Assembly (NCBI GenBank): GCA_017431175.1
Contig: JAFRLN010000034.1
Coordinates: 14,030-78,029, forward strand
From: Mogibacterium sp.
Lineage (GTDB): Bacteria; Bacillota; Clostridia; Peptostreptococcales; Anaerovoracaceae
Direction: 5' to 3'
DNA length: 64,000 nt
Under the pieces are notes generated by a model. That model had not been told where the DNA came from, searched no databases, and worked only from the letters and a program-made list of their open reading frames with translations. Position numbers and translations under genes: made by a program. Shown one piece after another: positions 1 to 9,170 of this stretch (positions are counted from its first letter, which is position 1; each line of letters starts with the position of its first letter).

Positions 1-858
1 CTTGAGGACAGCCTGCTGATTCTCTACACGCTTATCGTCTTCGTTGTTGAAAGCCTTCCTCTCTCTGGCGAAGTAGAGCGCTTCCTTGCCGCCCATGTAG
101 TTCCAGCCCTCTTCATATTCATAATCCGAAATGGAAGACTTGAACGCTTTAGGCGAGTATACTTCGATGCCGCCGATGGCATATATGATCTTCATGACAG
201 ACGAGAAATTGCACTTGACATAGTAGTCGAGGTTCACGCCGAGCCAGTCCTCAACGGTATTCAGCGTCTCATCGACACCGTATACTCCTGTATGTGTGAG
301 CTTGTCCATCTGACCGGCTGTGTGCAGCCTGACATATGTATCTCTCGGGATGGAGGTCATCAGGATCTTCCTCGTCTGCGGACAGACGGTAACGATCATA
401 TTGACATCGCTTCGCTCAAGGTCAAGACCTTTCTCGTCGTTCCACTGGTCTATACCGGTGATATAAATGTTGAACGCTTCATTGGTAATATCGGCGCCGC
501 TTTCGTTGCCGACGCGCGCGTCACCGCTGCCTCCTATTTTATTGAATGCTGCGTATGTGCTGCCAAGATAATAAGTTCCGACTCCGTAGACTACGAGAAA
601 CACGACCGCCAGCAGCAGACCGAGTATCCTGAAGCCTTTTTTCCTGCGCTTGAACAGGAAGAAAACCAGTATCAGCAGCACGAACAGAAGACCCACGAAC
701 GCCATCGTGATCTCCTTAGGGAATGCGCTGACAAGTGTCAGCATGACCATGAACGCCGCGGCTACCAGTGCCATTATCAGTATTATTATTCCATACCCCT
801 TAGCAGGCATGAATCCGGACTTTGCCGGCTTCCTGCTTTCAGTATTCTCGTTAGCCAT
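1..858 (-). CDS. LytR-CpsA-Psr (LCP) family glycopolymer-to-peptidoglycan ligase, first 286 codons (3' end lies beyond the window start)
   Basis: Absent from the ORF track because it runs off the edge. My own minus-strand translation from ATG at 856-858 gives MANENTESRKPAKSGFMPAKGYGIIILIMALVAAAF... (TM segments), then ...NIYITGIDQWNDEKGLDLERSDVNMIVTVCPQTRKILMTSIPRDTYV...GGKEALYFARERKAF, the LCP core signature. AAGAGG lies about 7 nt upstream of the ATG. The gene starts 11 nt after the stop of the upstream gene. Confidence 0.8.
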   Translation of the reverse strand, partial: MANENTESRKPAKSGFMPAKGYGIIILIMALVAAAFMVMLTLVSAFPKEITMAFVGLLFVLLILVFFLFKRRKKGFRILGLLLAVVFLVVYGVGTYYLGSTYAAFNKIGGSGDARVGNESGADITNEAFNIYITGIDQWNDEKGLDLERSDVNMIVTVCPQTRKILMTSIPRDTYVRLHTAGQMDKLTHTGVYGVDETLNTVEDWLGVNLDYYVKCNFSSVMKIIYAIGGIEVYSPKAFKSSISDYEYEEGWNYMGGKEALYFARERKAFNNEDDKRVENQQAVLK

Positions 859-868
859 CAGTTACCTC

Positions 869-2185
869 TTACTTCTTGTTTTGATCTTCGTTCCCCTTCA
901 CCGGCTTCATCCTGATCGTGCGCCGTGTAGCTTTTCTGTCAGGCTTGGCAGCTTCACGCGCGATCTCTGCGAGAAGCTCATCGTCTCGTGTGTCGGGATT
1001 TTCTCCCGCAGCTTTCTTGGCGGCTCTGCGTCTCTCCCTCTCCTCGTTGAGCATCCATACCAGGTTCTCTCTCTCTGCCTGCCTTGCGGCTTCGCGCGGA
1101 TCCTGTGTGATGATCTTACGGAGATTCTTCTTCGGCTGACGCGGAACGATTATGATACCAAGGTAGAGCAGCGCGATCGCCATGAGGAAGAGAGCGTCTA
1201 TATACAGCTCGCGGCTGATCAGCACCGCTACGACTCCCATGATGCCTACAATGCCGTACATGATCAGTACAGACCGCCTCTGACCGAAGCCTGCCGCCAT
1301 CAGGTGGTGATGCAGGTGCCCTCTGTCAGCCTTCATGATCGACTCATGCCTGAACACTCTCCTGAGCATAGCGAACGCAGTATCGAAGATCGGGACCGCA
1401 AGTACCAGCATCGGTATGATCGCGCCGACCATCGTCGCTCTCTTGAGAGGAGAGATGACCGAGAGCACAGCGATCATATATCCGAGATACAGAGCTCCGC
1501 CGTCACCCATGAATGTTTTGGCCGGAGAGAAATTATACGGCAGGAAGCCTATACATCCGGCAGCGACAGCACAGAACGCTATGCATACCGGCATCATCCC
1601 GAGCCTGATACCGTGGATATACGCGACATAAGCAAGTGATATCGACATGATCGCGGTACTTCCCGCGGCCAGTCCGTCAAGCCCGTCCATAAGGTTGACG
1701 GCGTTGGTGATGCCGACTATCCACAGTACTGTTATAAGATAGGCCAGCCCGGCGCTGAAGTAGATCATCGCCTTGGATCCTGTGGACAGCGGCGCAAGCA
1801 CGAGATTGATAAAACGGATCCGTATTCCCAGGCTGAACATGACTGTCGCGGTGAATAACTGTGCTCCGAACTTTACCATCGGTTTCAGGTCAAAGATATC
1901 GTCAGCTACGCCGACTGCGTACATCATAAGACCCCCGAGCATAGCGACGCGTATACTCGAGTTCATTCCCGCCGGTATGATCATCGCAGCCATTGATCCG
2001 AGGAATATGGACAGCCCTCCGAATCTCGGTATCGGCCTGTTATGGACCCTCCGGTCATCACGCGGTCTGTCGATGATATTCCACTTGTACGCCAGCTTGA
2101 TGCTCAGCGGTGCTGTAAGCCACGATACGGTGATACCGATCACAAAGGCCTGCAGTATTCTTGTCAGATAAAATGAAAGATGCAT
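869..2185 (-). CDS. Polyprenyl-phosphate HexNAc-1-phosphate transferase (WecA/TagO/MraY family) with a ~95-aa charged C-terminal tail
   Basis: 438-aa ORF with ATG at 2183-2185. Polytopic. Motifs DRPRDDRRVHNRPIPRFGGLSIF and NAVNLMDGLDGLAAG are typical of the family. The tail REAARQAERENLVWMLNEERERRRAAKKAAGENPD... is additional to the usual fold. Confidence 0.85.
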   Translation of the reverse strand: MHLSFYLTRILQAFVIGITVSWLTAPLSIKLAYKWNIIDRPRDDRRVHNRPIPRFGGLSIFLGSMAAMIIPAGMNSSIRVAMLGGLMMYAVGVADDIFDLKPMVKFGAQLFTATVMFSLGIRIRFINLVLAPLSTGSKAMIYFSAGLAYLITVLWIVGITNAVNLMDGLDGLAAGSTAIMSISLAYVAYIHGIRLGMMPVCIAFCAVAAGCIGFLPYNFSPAKTFMGDGGALYLGYMIAVLSVISPLKRATMVGAIIPMLVLAVPIFDTAFAMLRRVFRHESIMKADRGHLHHHLMAAGFGQRRSVLIMYGIVGIMGVVAVLISRELYIDALFLMAIALLYLGIIIVPRQPKKNLRKIITQDPREAARQAERENLVWMLNEERERRRAAKKAAGENPDTRDDELLAEIAREAAKPDRKATRRTIRMKPVKGNEDQNKK

Positions 2186-2236
2186 TTCTGAATAATCTGT
2201 CGTCCGGTCAGTCCCGGGTACCCTGTCTGTGAACTA

Positions 2237-3850
2237 TTACTCCTTCGGCTCCAGCATCCCGTCTCTGATGAGCAGCCGTAGTATCCTTTCGGAATTCTTT
2301 CCGTCATGGAACTCAACGATCTTCCTGTATCTGGCGAGTTCCTCTTCATCCTGCGGAGCCATATAGCGCTCTGCTACTGCTTTGCGTATGTCTTCCGCAT
2401 CCATGCAGACCGGGCCGAAGACATTGTCCATGTTGAGCATGAGGTGCGTTCCCTCACCGTAGTGCTCCATGCATTCGTCCTTGTCCTTCCAGTAGAAAAC
2501 GACGTTCGCCCCTCTGTAATACGCGTCATAGGCAATAGACGAATAGTCTGTGATGAGGAGCGCGCAGTCTCTGAGTATCGGGTCATACTGATCCGTCACC
2601 GTCACGTGTTTCCCAAAGCTCTCATCGCCTGAGAACCTCTCTGAGATAAGAGGGTGCGGGAGAATGATCACTTTGTCCCTCAGCTCTTCCGGTACGCCCT
2701 CGAGCATGGTCTGAACCATCCTGTAGTAGCCTGTATCACGGAGATCGTGCCTTGCCTGATTAGTTTCCCACCGTCTCCATGTAGGCATTATAATGATCTT
2801 GTCAGCCCCTTCATTCTGAACAGCTCTGTCGAACTTGGCGAGACCTGTGACATACAGATCTTCATGCTTCATTCCCGCCAGGTCAATGAAATGCTGTGCC
2901 TCAAGCTCTGAGCTCACAACTGTTCTGTGGAGCTTGTAGCCCTTCTTCTTGTTGAACCCGACCCTGAGGCTGGACCCCAGCGAGACCATGTACATTACAC
3001 CGTGTTGTAAGAATACATACATTAACCCTTTTCCGGTGATCTTGTCAAGTACATCCTTGCTCGCGATCCTGAGCTGCAGCGCATGGTCTATGGTTTCCGT
3101 CGCCGCGAACTTATTGCAGGCGAAGAAGTATTCAAGATGCTTGTCGGAATCCTTCTCTATGAAATTCTTCCTGTATTTCTCATCGACATTCTGTACTGCC
3201 GGAATGCTGGTATCGACGATAAAATACACGTTGTCATATCCGGCGTCGATCAGTTTCTCGTACAGTATCGATGCGCTTTCTTCATACTTGGCGCAGTTCT
3301 TTTCGTACATGAGTACGATGTCCTGCCCTTTCAGGCGGCGGGACCTGCGTTTTGCCTCTTTGAGGCGCCTCTGTCCCTCAGGCGTATCGTACTGATTGGC
3401 GTCACGCACGGTCAGAAAAAGCGTGTTGCTCACATTCTGACGCAGATACATCGCGGTTCCGTCATGAATGAAGATCCTGCTGTTCTTGTTGCGGCCCTTC
3501 TTGAGGTCAGCCGCAGAATACAGGAATCTGCCCGCGTATTCTCCCTTGTATACCGGCATCAGTTTGTTCTGGATGTCCAGGTCGCGCGCTTCTTCTATAT
3601 CGATCTCCAGTCTGAATCGGTTGAGACTGGCTCCGAGAGGAAGCGGTCTTCCGTATCTGGATCCGAAGCTGAGCTTAGCAGCGTTCTCCTTGACGGGAAC
3701 ATCGATCCTTATCTGATCGGTATCGACCCGTCCCTTGCCGCCCTGCAGCCTTATGACGCATGAGCCTTCGGCGATGATACTGCCGTTTTCTTCCCATACC
3801 TTCATTCCTGTGATCCCTATTACAGGGACCTCTTTTCCGGCAGAACTCAA
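2237..3850 (-). CDS. CDP-glycerol glycerophosphotransferase (TagB/TagF family) with ~170-aa N-terminal extra domain
   Basis: 537-aa ORF with a TTG start preceded by AGGAGGG at 7-nt spacing. C-terminal motifs IIIMPTWRRWE, ILPHPL and LLITDYSSIAYDAYYRGANVVF match the Glyphos_transf pattern. Confidence 0.8.
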   Translation of the reverse strand: MSSAGKEVPVIGITGMKVWEENGSIIAEGSCVIRLQGGKGRVDTDQIRIDVPVKENAAKLSFGSRYGRPLPLGASLNRFRLEIDIEEARDLDIQNKLMPVYKGEYAGRFLYSAADLKKGRNKNSRIFIHDGTAMYLRQNVSNTLFLTVRDANQYDTPEGQRRLKEAKRRSRRLKGQDIVLMYEKNCAKYEESASILYEKLIDAGYDNVYFIVDTSIPAVQNVDEKYRKNFIEKDSDKHLEYFFACNKFAATETIDHALQLRIASKDVLDKITGKGLMYVFLQHGVMYMVSLGSSLRVGFNKKKGYKLHRTVVSSELEAQHFIDLAGMKHEDLYVTGLAKFDRAVQNEGADKIIIMPTWRRWETNQARHDLRDTGYYRMVQTMLEGVPEELRDKVIILPHPLISERFSGDESFGKHVTVTDQYDPILRDCALLITDYSSIAYDAYYRGANVVFYWKDKDECMEHYGEGTHLMLNMDNVFGPVCMDAEDIRKAVAERYMAPQDEEELARYRKIVEFHDGKNSERILRLLIRDGMLEPKE

Positions 3851-3872
3851 AATGATTCCCTCCTGCTGAACA

Positions 3873-5423
3873 TCAGTCTTCCAGTCCTGCGCCGATGTCT
3901 TCTATATTGATCGGCGTCTTCCATATATAGTCTGTATAATCCGTCGTATTGCCGAGCAGCAGCAGGTATCCGTCGTCATCGACGGACGCGCTCTCGACTT
4001 CACTCAGCTCGCACGACAGAGTCCCGAGATACATCCCGTGTTTCATATCATACAGATCGACATAATTCGTCCCGTGCGTATCGCTCTTAGGCGACATGCA
4101 CCTCATCATAATGCCCGCGTGTCCTCCGCAGTCCTGTCCGTACAGAGAAGTAGTGTGATGCGCGGAGCCGTAAATATGCTCTTTCACAAAACCTTCGTCG
4201 GTATTCCGGTACATGATCAGCGAACCGCCGGAGCATGCGTACATACAGTCCTCTATACGGTCATAGCCGAGCGCGTGTCCTCCGTGCGAGAAGTTGTACA
4301 CGCCGTACTCTCCTGTCGCAGGCTTGTAAGTGACCGCGCGTCCCGATCCGCCTTTGACGCAGTATGCCGTCCCGCTCTTGCGGGAGTATGCCAGCCCGTT
4401 CGGATGGCCTATGACTATGTCAGGAACAGAAATGTTCTTGCCGTCGCCTTCTCTGTCGAACGTGATGATTCTCTGGGAGGCTGTATCATACATGCCGTAC
4501 GCTACTATGTAACCGTCTTCTGTAACGTCGAACGACTGAGGGATATCGGCATTCGGCCCGTCACCCATGATCGCCTTGACTGCCTCACAGTTGCTCGGTC
4601 CGAGGCTGTAAATGATCCTGATCCCGGCACCGGCAGAGCTGACAGGTTCCGCTTCGATGACCTCCAAAGTGACCTCAGTCTCAGCCGGAAGGTAGTCTTT
4701 CGTCTCCTTCGCTGTGACCGTGATCACAGCGGTACCTGAGCCGTTGATGCTGACTTTGCCGGTCTTCTTGTTTACCTCCGCTACCGCTTCATCATCCGAG
4801 ACATATGTCATCTGAGTGGAGGCGGTCAGTTCAAGAGTAAAGTCTTTCGAGCTTGTCAGCTTGGTATATGCGGTCTTGCCCTCGATGTACTGATTCGTTC
4901 TGGTGGAGAAATACTTCTCCTTCGTACCGAAACCGTTCCTCTCGTCGTTGTCTGCTCTGACTACGACTCCGTACTCCGTTCCCTCATCAAGGTTGGGAAG
5001 TGTGACAGTATCCTTGCTTCCCTTCTGATTGTCTATACGGATCTTGTGCCATCCGAGAGGTGACTCCCCTTTGATCTTATAGTAGACCGTATAGGAATCC
5101 GTGTTCCTCGTACCCTTCCACTCAAGAGTGATATAGTCAGTGCCTCTGTCTACCGCCTTGAGAGAACTCCTCTCCAGGATACCCGGCCGCTCATGATAGT
5201 CCTTCCAGATCACGAAGCCGGCGATCAGTGTCAGAATGACAAGCATAACAAGACCGACCCTGATCTGCTTCTTCTTCTGGTGTCTGCTCAGATCTCTGAA
5301 TCTGGTGAATCTGCGGAACACCCGGTTCTTGCTCTTTCGTCCACGGGGTCTGGTTGCCTTGTGCTCTTTCGGTGTATCGGTTGTCTTTGTTGTATTGTCA
5401 GTTCTTTTAACTTTGCTTCTCAA
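3873..5423 (-). CDS. Membrane-anchored extracytoplasmic protein: basic N-terminus + 1 TM, FN3-like domain, Big_2-like Ig domain, ~250-aa C-terminal domain of unknown function
   Basis: 516-aa ORF. TM segment VGLVMLVILTLIAGFVIW. FN3-like ITLEWKGTRNTDSYTVYYKIKG...GTEYGVVVRA. Big_2-like VSDDEAVAEVNKKTGKVSINGSGTAVITVTAKE. The C-terminal His/Gly/Cys-rich part has no motif I recognise. Confidence 0.6.
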   Translation of the reverse strand: MRSKVKRTDNTTKTTDTPKEHKATRPRGRKSKNRVFRRFTRFRDLSRHQKKKQIRVGLVMLVILTLIAGFVIWKDYHERPGILERSSLKAVDRGTDYITLEWKGTRNTDSYTVYYKIKGESPLGWHKIRIDNQKGSKDTVTLPNLDEGTEYGVVVRADNDERNGFGTKEKYFSTRTNQYIEGKTAYTKLTSSKDFTLELTASTQMTYVSDDEAVAEVNKKTGKVSINGSGTAVITVTAKETKDYLPAETEVTLEVIEAEPVSSAGAGIRIIYSLGPSNCEAVKAIMGDGPNADIPQSFDVTEDGYIVAYGMYDTASQRIITFDREGDGKNISVPDIVIGHPNGLAYSRKSGTAYCVKGGSGRAVTYKPATGEYGVYNFSHGGHALGYDRIEDCMYACSGGSLIMYRNTDEGFVKEHIYGSAHHTTSLYGQDCGGHAGIMMRCMSPKSDTHGTNYVDLYDMKHGMYLGTLSCELSEVESASVDDDGYLLLLGNTTDYTDYIWKTPINIEDIGAGLED

Positions 5424-5428
5424 AAATG

Positions 5429-6559
5429 CTACTTTCTGTAGAATTCATCTATCTTGCCGCAGATGTATTCCACTTCGTCTGCTCCGAGACCGTAGTACAT
5501 CGGGAGTCTGAGCAGACGCTCAAATGTATTCGTTGTATACCTGTCTTCGCCGTGGAACCTTCCGAATCTGGATCCCGCAGGCGCGCTGTGCAGAGGTACA
5601 TAATGGAAAGCGGACCCGATGCCGTTCTCCTTGAGGAATGATGTGAGAGCTGTTCTCTCCTCTATTCCCGCAGTCTTGATATAGAACATGTGTGAGTTGT
5701 GCTCGCATTCCGCAGGGATCACAGGCAGCTCGATCCTGCCGGACTCAGCCAGCGGAGTGAGCAGCTCATAATACGCGTCCCAGCTCGCTCTCCTGTTGCG
5801 GTTGATCATATCAGCTTCTTCAAGCTGCGCGTACAGGAACGCGGCGTTGATATCACTCGGCAGATAGGAAGAACCCATGTCTACCCATGTATATTTGTCG
5901 ATCTGTCCGCGGAGGAATCTGCTCCTGTCTGTTCCTTTCTCTCTGATGATCTCAGCTTTCTCAGCATCTGCTTCATCTTTGATCAGGAGCGCTCCGCCCT
6001 CGCCCATGCTGTAATTCTTGGTCTCATGGAAGCTGTAGCAGCCGAAGTCGCCGATCGCTCCGAGCGCTCTTCCCTTGTATGTCGACATGACGCCCTGAGC
6101 GGCATCTTCTACCACGGTCAGGCCGTGTCTCTCTGCGATGTCCATTATGGTGTCCATCTCACAGCCGACACCGGCATAATGCACAGGAGCGATGACCTTA
6201 GTCCTGTCAGTGACCGCGTCTTCTATCAGCTTCTCATCTATGTTCTGTGTGTCAGGCCTGATGTCCACGAAAACGAGTGTCGCGCCTCTGAGTACGAAAG
6301 CGTTCGCTGTCGATACGAATGTATAGGAAGGAAGGATCACCTCATCTCCCGGGCCGACATCCGCGAGGATCGCTGCCATATCGAGAGCTGTCGAGCCGGA
6401 TGTGACGAGGAGTGCCCTGTGAGCTCCTGTTTTCTCCTCGAGCCAGGCGTGGCACTTCTTGCTGAACGCTCCGTCTCCGCAGATCTTATTGTTGTCTATT
6501 GCCTGATTGATGTATTCTTTTTCTTTTCCGATGAAAGGTGGCTTGTTGAAAGGTATCAT
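5429..6559 (-). CDS. wecE: dTDP-4-keto-6-deoxyhexose 4-aminotransferase (WecE/RffA-like, DegT/DnrJ/EryC1 family)
   Basis: 376-aa ORF with AAGGAG RBS. Near-colinear resemblance to E. coli WecE: MIPFNKPPF..., LPSYTFVSTANAFVLRGATLVFVDIRPDTQNIDE, VEDAAQGVMSTYKGRALG, SFHETKNY, IIREKGTDRSRFLRGQIDKYTW, FHGEDRYTTN...RLLRLPMYY. The C4 stereochemistry of the product cannot be read from sequence. Confidence 0.85.
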   Translation of the reverse strand: MIPFNKPPFIGKEKEYINQAIDNNKICGDGAFSKKCHAWLEEKTGAHRALLVTSGSTALDMAAILADVGPGDEVILPSYTFVSTANAFVLRGATLVFVDIRPDTQNIDEKLIEDAVTDRTKVIAPVHYAGVGCEMDTIMDIAERHGLTVVEDAAQGVMSTYKGRALGAIGDFGCYSFHETKNYSMGEGGALLIKDEADAEKAEIIREKGTDRSRFLRGQIDKYTWVDMGSSYLPSDINAAFLYAQLEEADMINRNRRASWDAYYELLTPLAESGRIELPVIPAECEHNSHMFYIKTAGIEERTALTSFLKENGIGSAFHYVPLHSAPAGSRFGRFHGEDRYTTNTFERLLRLPMYYGLGADEVEYICGKIDEFYRK

Positions 6560-6614
6560 TATAATCTCCTTTGTGCTGATCCCGTATACTCCTTCTTGCT
6601 GTCATACAGATGCT

Positions 6615-7634
6615 CTATCTGTTGCCGTACATTTTCTCATAGTACTGCTGGTACTCGCCGCTCACGATGTTCTTCCACCATGCTTCGTTGTCGAGATACC
6701 ACTGGATCGTCTTCTTAATGCCGTCTTCGAACTTCGTCTCAGGCAGCCATCCGAGCTCATTATGGATCTTGGTCGGATCGATAGCGTATCTCTGGTCATG
6801 GCCTTTTCTGTCTGTTACATATGTGATCAGGCTCTCCGGCTTGCCGAGCTGCGCGAGAATGATCTTGACGACTTCGATATTAGCCTTCTCGTTATGACCG
6901 CCGATGTTGTAGACTTCACCGACTCTGCCGTTTTCGAGTATGAGGTCGATCGCTCTGCAGTGGTCCTCAACATACAGCCAGTCTCTTACATTGAGTCCTT
7001 CGCCGTATACAGGCAGAGCCTTGTCCGCGAGAGCATTGGCTATCATAAGAGGGATGAGCTTCTCAGGGAACTGATAAGGCCCGTAGTTGTTGGAGCATCT
7101 GCTGATCGTGACAGGCAGACCGTATGTCCTGTGATATGCCATTACGAGCAGATCCGCGCTGGCCTTTGATGCTGAATAAGGGCTCGAAGCTGTCAGCGGC
7201 ATGGTCTCAACGAAGAAGAGATCCGGTCTGTCAAGCGGCAGGTCTCCGTAGACCTCGTCTGTGCCGACCTGGTGGAATCTCCCCACGCCATACTTGATGG
7301 AAGCGTCCATCAGTACCTGTGTTCCGAGGATATTCGTCCTGAGGAACAGTCCCGGATCCTCAATGGATCTGTCTACATGTGATTCAGCGGCGAAATTGAC
7401 GACTTTGTCGAACTTCTCTTCCGCGAAAAGCTTGTCTACGGCGTCCTTGTCGGTTATGTCGATCTTGACGAACTTAAAGTGCGGATGGTCCATCACCGGC
7501 GCGAGAGTCTCGAGATTGCCGGCGTATGTAAGTGAGTCAAGCCCGACAATATCATAGTCAGGATGAGCATCCAGCATATGAAATACGAAGTTGCTTCCTA
7601 TGAATCCGGCTGCGCCTGTTACCAATATCTTCAC
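6615..7634 (-). CDS. rfbB: dTDP-glucose 4,6-dehydratase
   Basis: 339-aa ORF with a GTG start and AAAGGAG upstream. [16 protein letters not shown]..., YSASKASAD (YxxxK), a typical RmlB C-terminus, and WWKNI near the end. Confidence 0.92.
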   Translation of the reverse strand: MKILVTGAAGFIGSNFVFHMLDAHPDYDIVGLDSLTYAGNLETLAPVMDHPHFKFVKIDITDKDAVDKLFAEEKFDKVVNFAAESHVDRSIEDPGLFLRTNILGTQVLMDASIKYGVGRFHQVGTDEVYGDLPLDRPDLFFVETMPLTASSPYSASKASADLLVMAYHRTYGLPVTISRCSNNYGPYQFPEKLIPLMIANALADKALPVYGEGLNVRDWLYVEDHCRAIDLILENGRVGEVYNIGGHNEKANIEVVKIILAQLGKPESLITYVTDRKGHDQRYAIDPTKIHNELGWLPETKFEDGIKKTIQWYLDNEAWWKNIVSGEYQQYYEKMYGNR

Positions 7635-7774
7635 GATTGATACACTCCTTTTTCTGATAATTGATTGTTATATTGATTGATTTCTGAACGAAGCTCTCTG
7701 CGTGCCCGCGTGCATCAGACGCAGCGCGGGGGATCCGGCACGCGCCGGAGCTTCCGCTGGTGTTCTGACTGCGT

Positions 7775-7790
7775 CACCGGGATCCCGGTG
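7775..7790. other. Perfect 16-bp palindrome CACCGGGATCCCGGTG inside a GC-rich structured spacer
   Basis: Read directly. It lies 8 nt downstream of the stop of the 7798..9039 gene (minus strand). A T-run follows only on the plus strand, so a terminator role is uncertain. Confidence 0.3.
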
Positions 7791-7797
7791 CGTTTTA

Positions 7798-9039
7798 TTA
7801 CCGCATATATCCGTGACCGGTAAGTATAAGGTAGAAATGATACAGCTGGCAGATGACTGATGCTGCCAGGATCAGCCCGATCACAGCCATGGCGGCTGTC
7901 CTCTTGCTCCGGCTGCTGAAGAAATCCCTGTTATAGTACATCTCCAGGAAGACTGCGCACGCTGTCAGCGTAATGAAGTAACAGCCGAACATCCTTCCCC
8001 ACGAGAAGTTCCCGAAATTGGATCTCGTTCCCGTCTCGCTGATCGTCGCCCACTGCAGGGTGCCGATCACGAAGGTATACAGAGCGAACTTATACTTGGT
8101 ATCTCTGAACTTCTTCAGGTTGAACGCGAACACTGCAATAGCGAATGTGATGCCGAACAGCAGCGCCGCCCACGGGCGCTCATAATTGAGCAGTGGTCCG
8201 AGTCCGAAGACGATCTCATGCTCTTCTCCGAACTGCGTATTGTCAGCGAACTGCCTCTTGTTGAGCCATATTATATACAGCCCGCTCGGGACTACCGACA
8301 TGCCCATGATGAACATCCTGCGGAACCTGACGAGAAAACCGTCTGCTCCTTTTCTGATCAGCTCAGCGATGAACATGATCACGATCGTGAACACGAGTCC
8401 GATCGTATAGCTCGGCTTGCTCGTAGTCGCCAGGAAAGTCGTAATAAGAGTCGCGATCCACCACTTCACGCTGACGCCTTCGGTATCATACGGCATGTAC
8501 ATCCTGAGGAAGCAGACCGCAGCGATCATGGCGAACAGTGTCATAAAGTGCTGGGTCGGCGAGTGCCAGCAGAACGAGCTGAAAGACTTGCGGTAGAAAT
8601 ACTCATGGATGACCGGAACGTAAATCGGTCCGATAAAGAGCATCGCTACAGAGAATACCTGTACAGCACGCCTCGGTACGCTCTCCAGCAGTCCGTCCTC
8701 TCTCAGGAAAAACCTGATAACCGCGAAATTCGCAACAATGATAGCCGCGATCACCAGTGCCAGCATGATATTGATCTCGAGCGTGGACTGGTTGATATCG
8801 AACAGCCACTGACACAATATGCCTACCAGCCTCTCCTGAGGCTCGGTGCTCTGAGTGCGTTCCAGCGCGTAGTATCCGATATCGGACTCGTACTTGCCGT
8901 TGTAATTGACTATCATCCTGTAGAACAGTTCCAGACATACTGCAGAAACTGCCGCGATAGCTGCTATCCAGGCGAAATCATATATATTCAGGGACAGAGT
9001 GACCTCCCTGTCTCTGAGTTTTTTCCTGTTATCAAGCAT
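7798..9039 (-). CDS. Polytopic membrane protein (about 11 TM); candidate Wzy-like polymerase or small GT-C-type transferase
   Basis: 413-aa ORF with an ATG start and GAAGAGG RBS. Hydrophobic throughout, with no soluble domain and no motif I can name. Confidence 0.5.
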   Translation of the reverse strand: MLDNRKKLRDREVTLSLNIYDFAWIAAIAAVSAVCLELFYRMIVNYNGKYESDIGYYALERTQSTEPQERLVGILCQWLFDINQSTLEINIMLALVIAAIIVANFAVIRFFLREDGLLESVPRRAVQVFSVAMLFIGPIYVPVIHEYFYRKSFSSFCWHSPTQHFMTLFAMIAAVCFLRMYMPYDTEGVSVKWWIATLITTFLATTSKPSYTIGLVFTIVIMFIAELIRKGADGFLVRFRRMFIMGMSVVPSGLYIIWLNKRQFADNTQFGEEHEIVFGLGPLLNYERPWAALLFGITFAIAVFAFNLKKFRDTKYKFALYTFVIGTLQWATISETGTRSNFGNFSWGRMFGCYFITLTACAVFLEMYYNRDFFSSRSKRTAAMAVIGLILAASVICQLYHFYLILTGHGYMR

Positions 9040-9096
9040 ACAAAAACCTCTTCAGGCTGCGTACCGCGTCAGTCAGCGGCAGCGGTCTGCAATCGT

Positions 9097-9125
9097 TTTA
9101 CAAATTTTCCCACATATATTATACT
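9097..9125 (+). promoter_or_regulatory. Sigma-70-type promoter candidate (TTTACA-17 bp-TATACT) for the 9171 gene
   Basis: Hexamers read at 9097-9102 and 9120-9125 with a 17-bp spacer, 46 nt upstream of the ATG. Confidence 0.4.
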
Positions 9126-9170
9126 TACAAACAACGTATATTTCAACGAATATGCCCCTGCGGAGAATCT

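Noticed and set aside
650-1639. 329-aa plus-strand ORF (and 292..915, 918..1139, 1335..1631, 1773..2171) overlapping the LCP and WecA-like genes
   Set aside because: These ORFs are antisense to genes with clear family motifs. Their translations are low-complexity (Arg/His/Ser-rich) with no motif. They are typical shadow ORFs of GC-balanced coding DNA.
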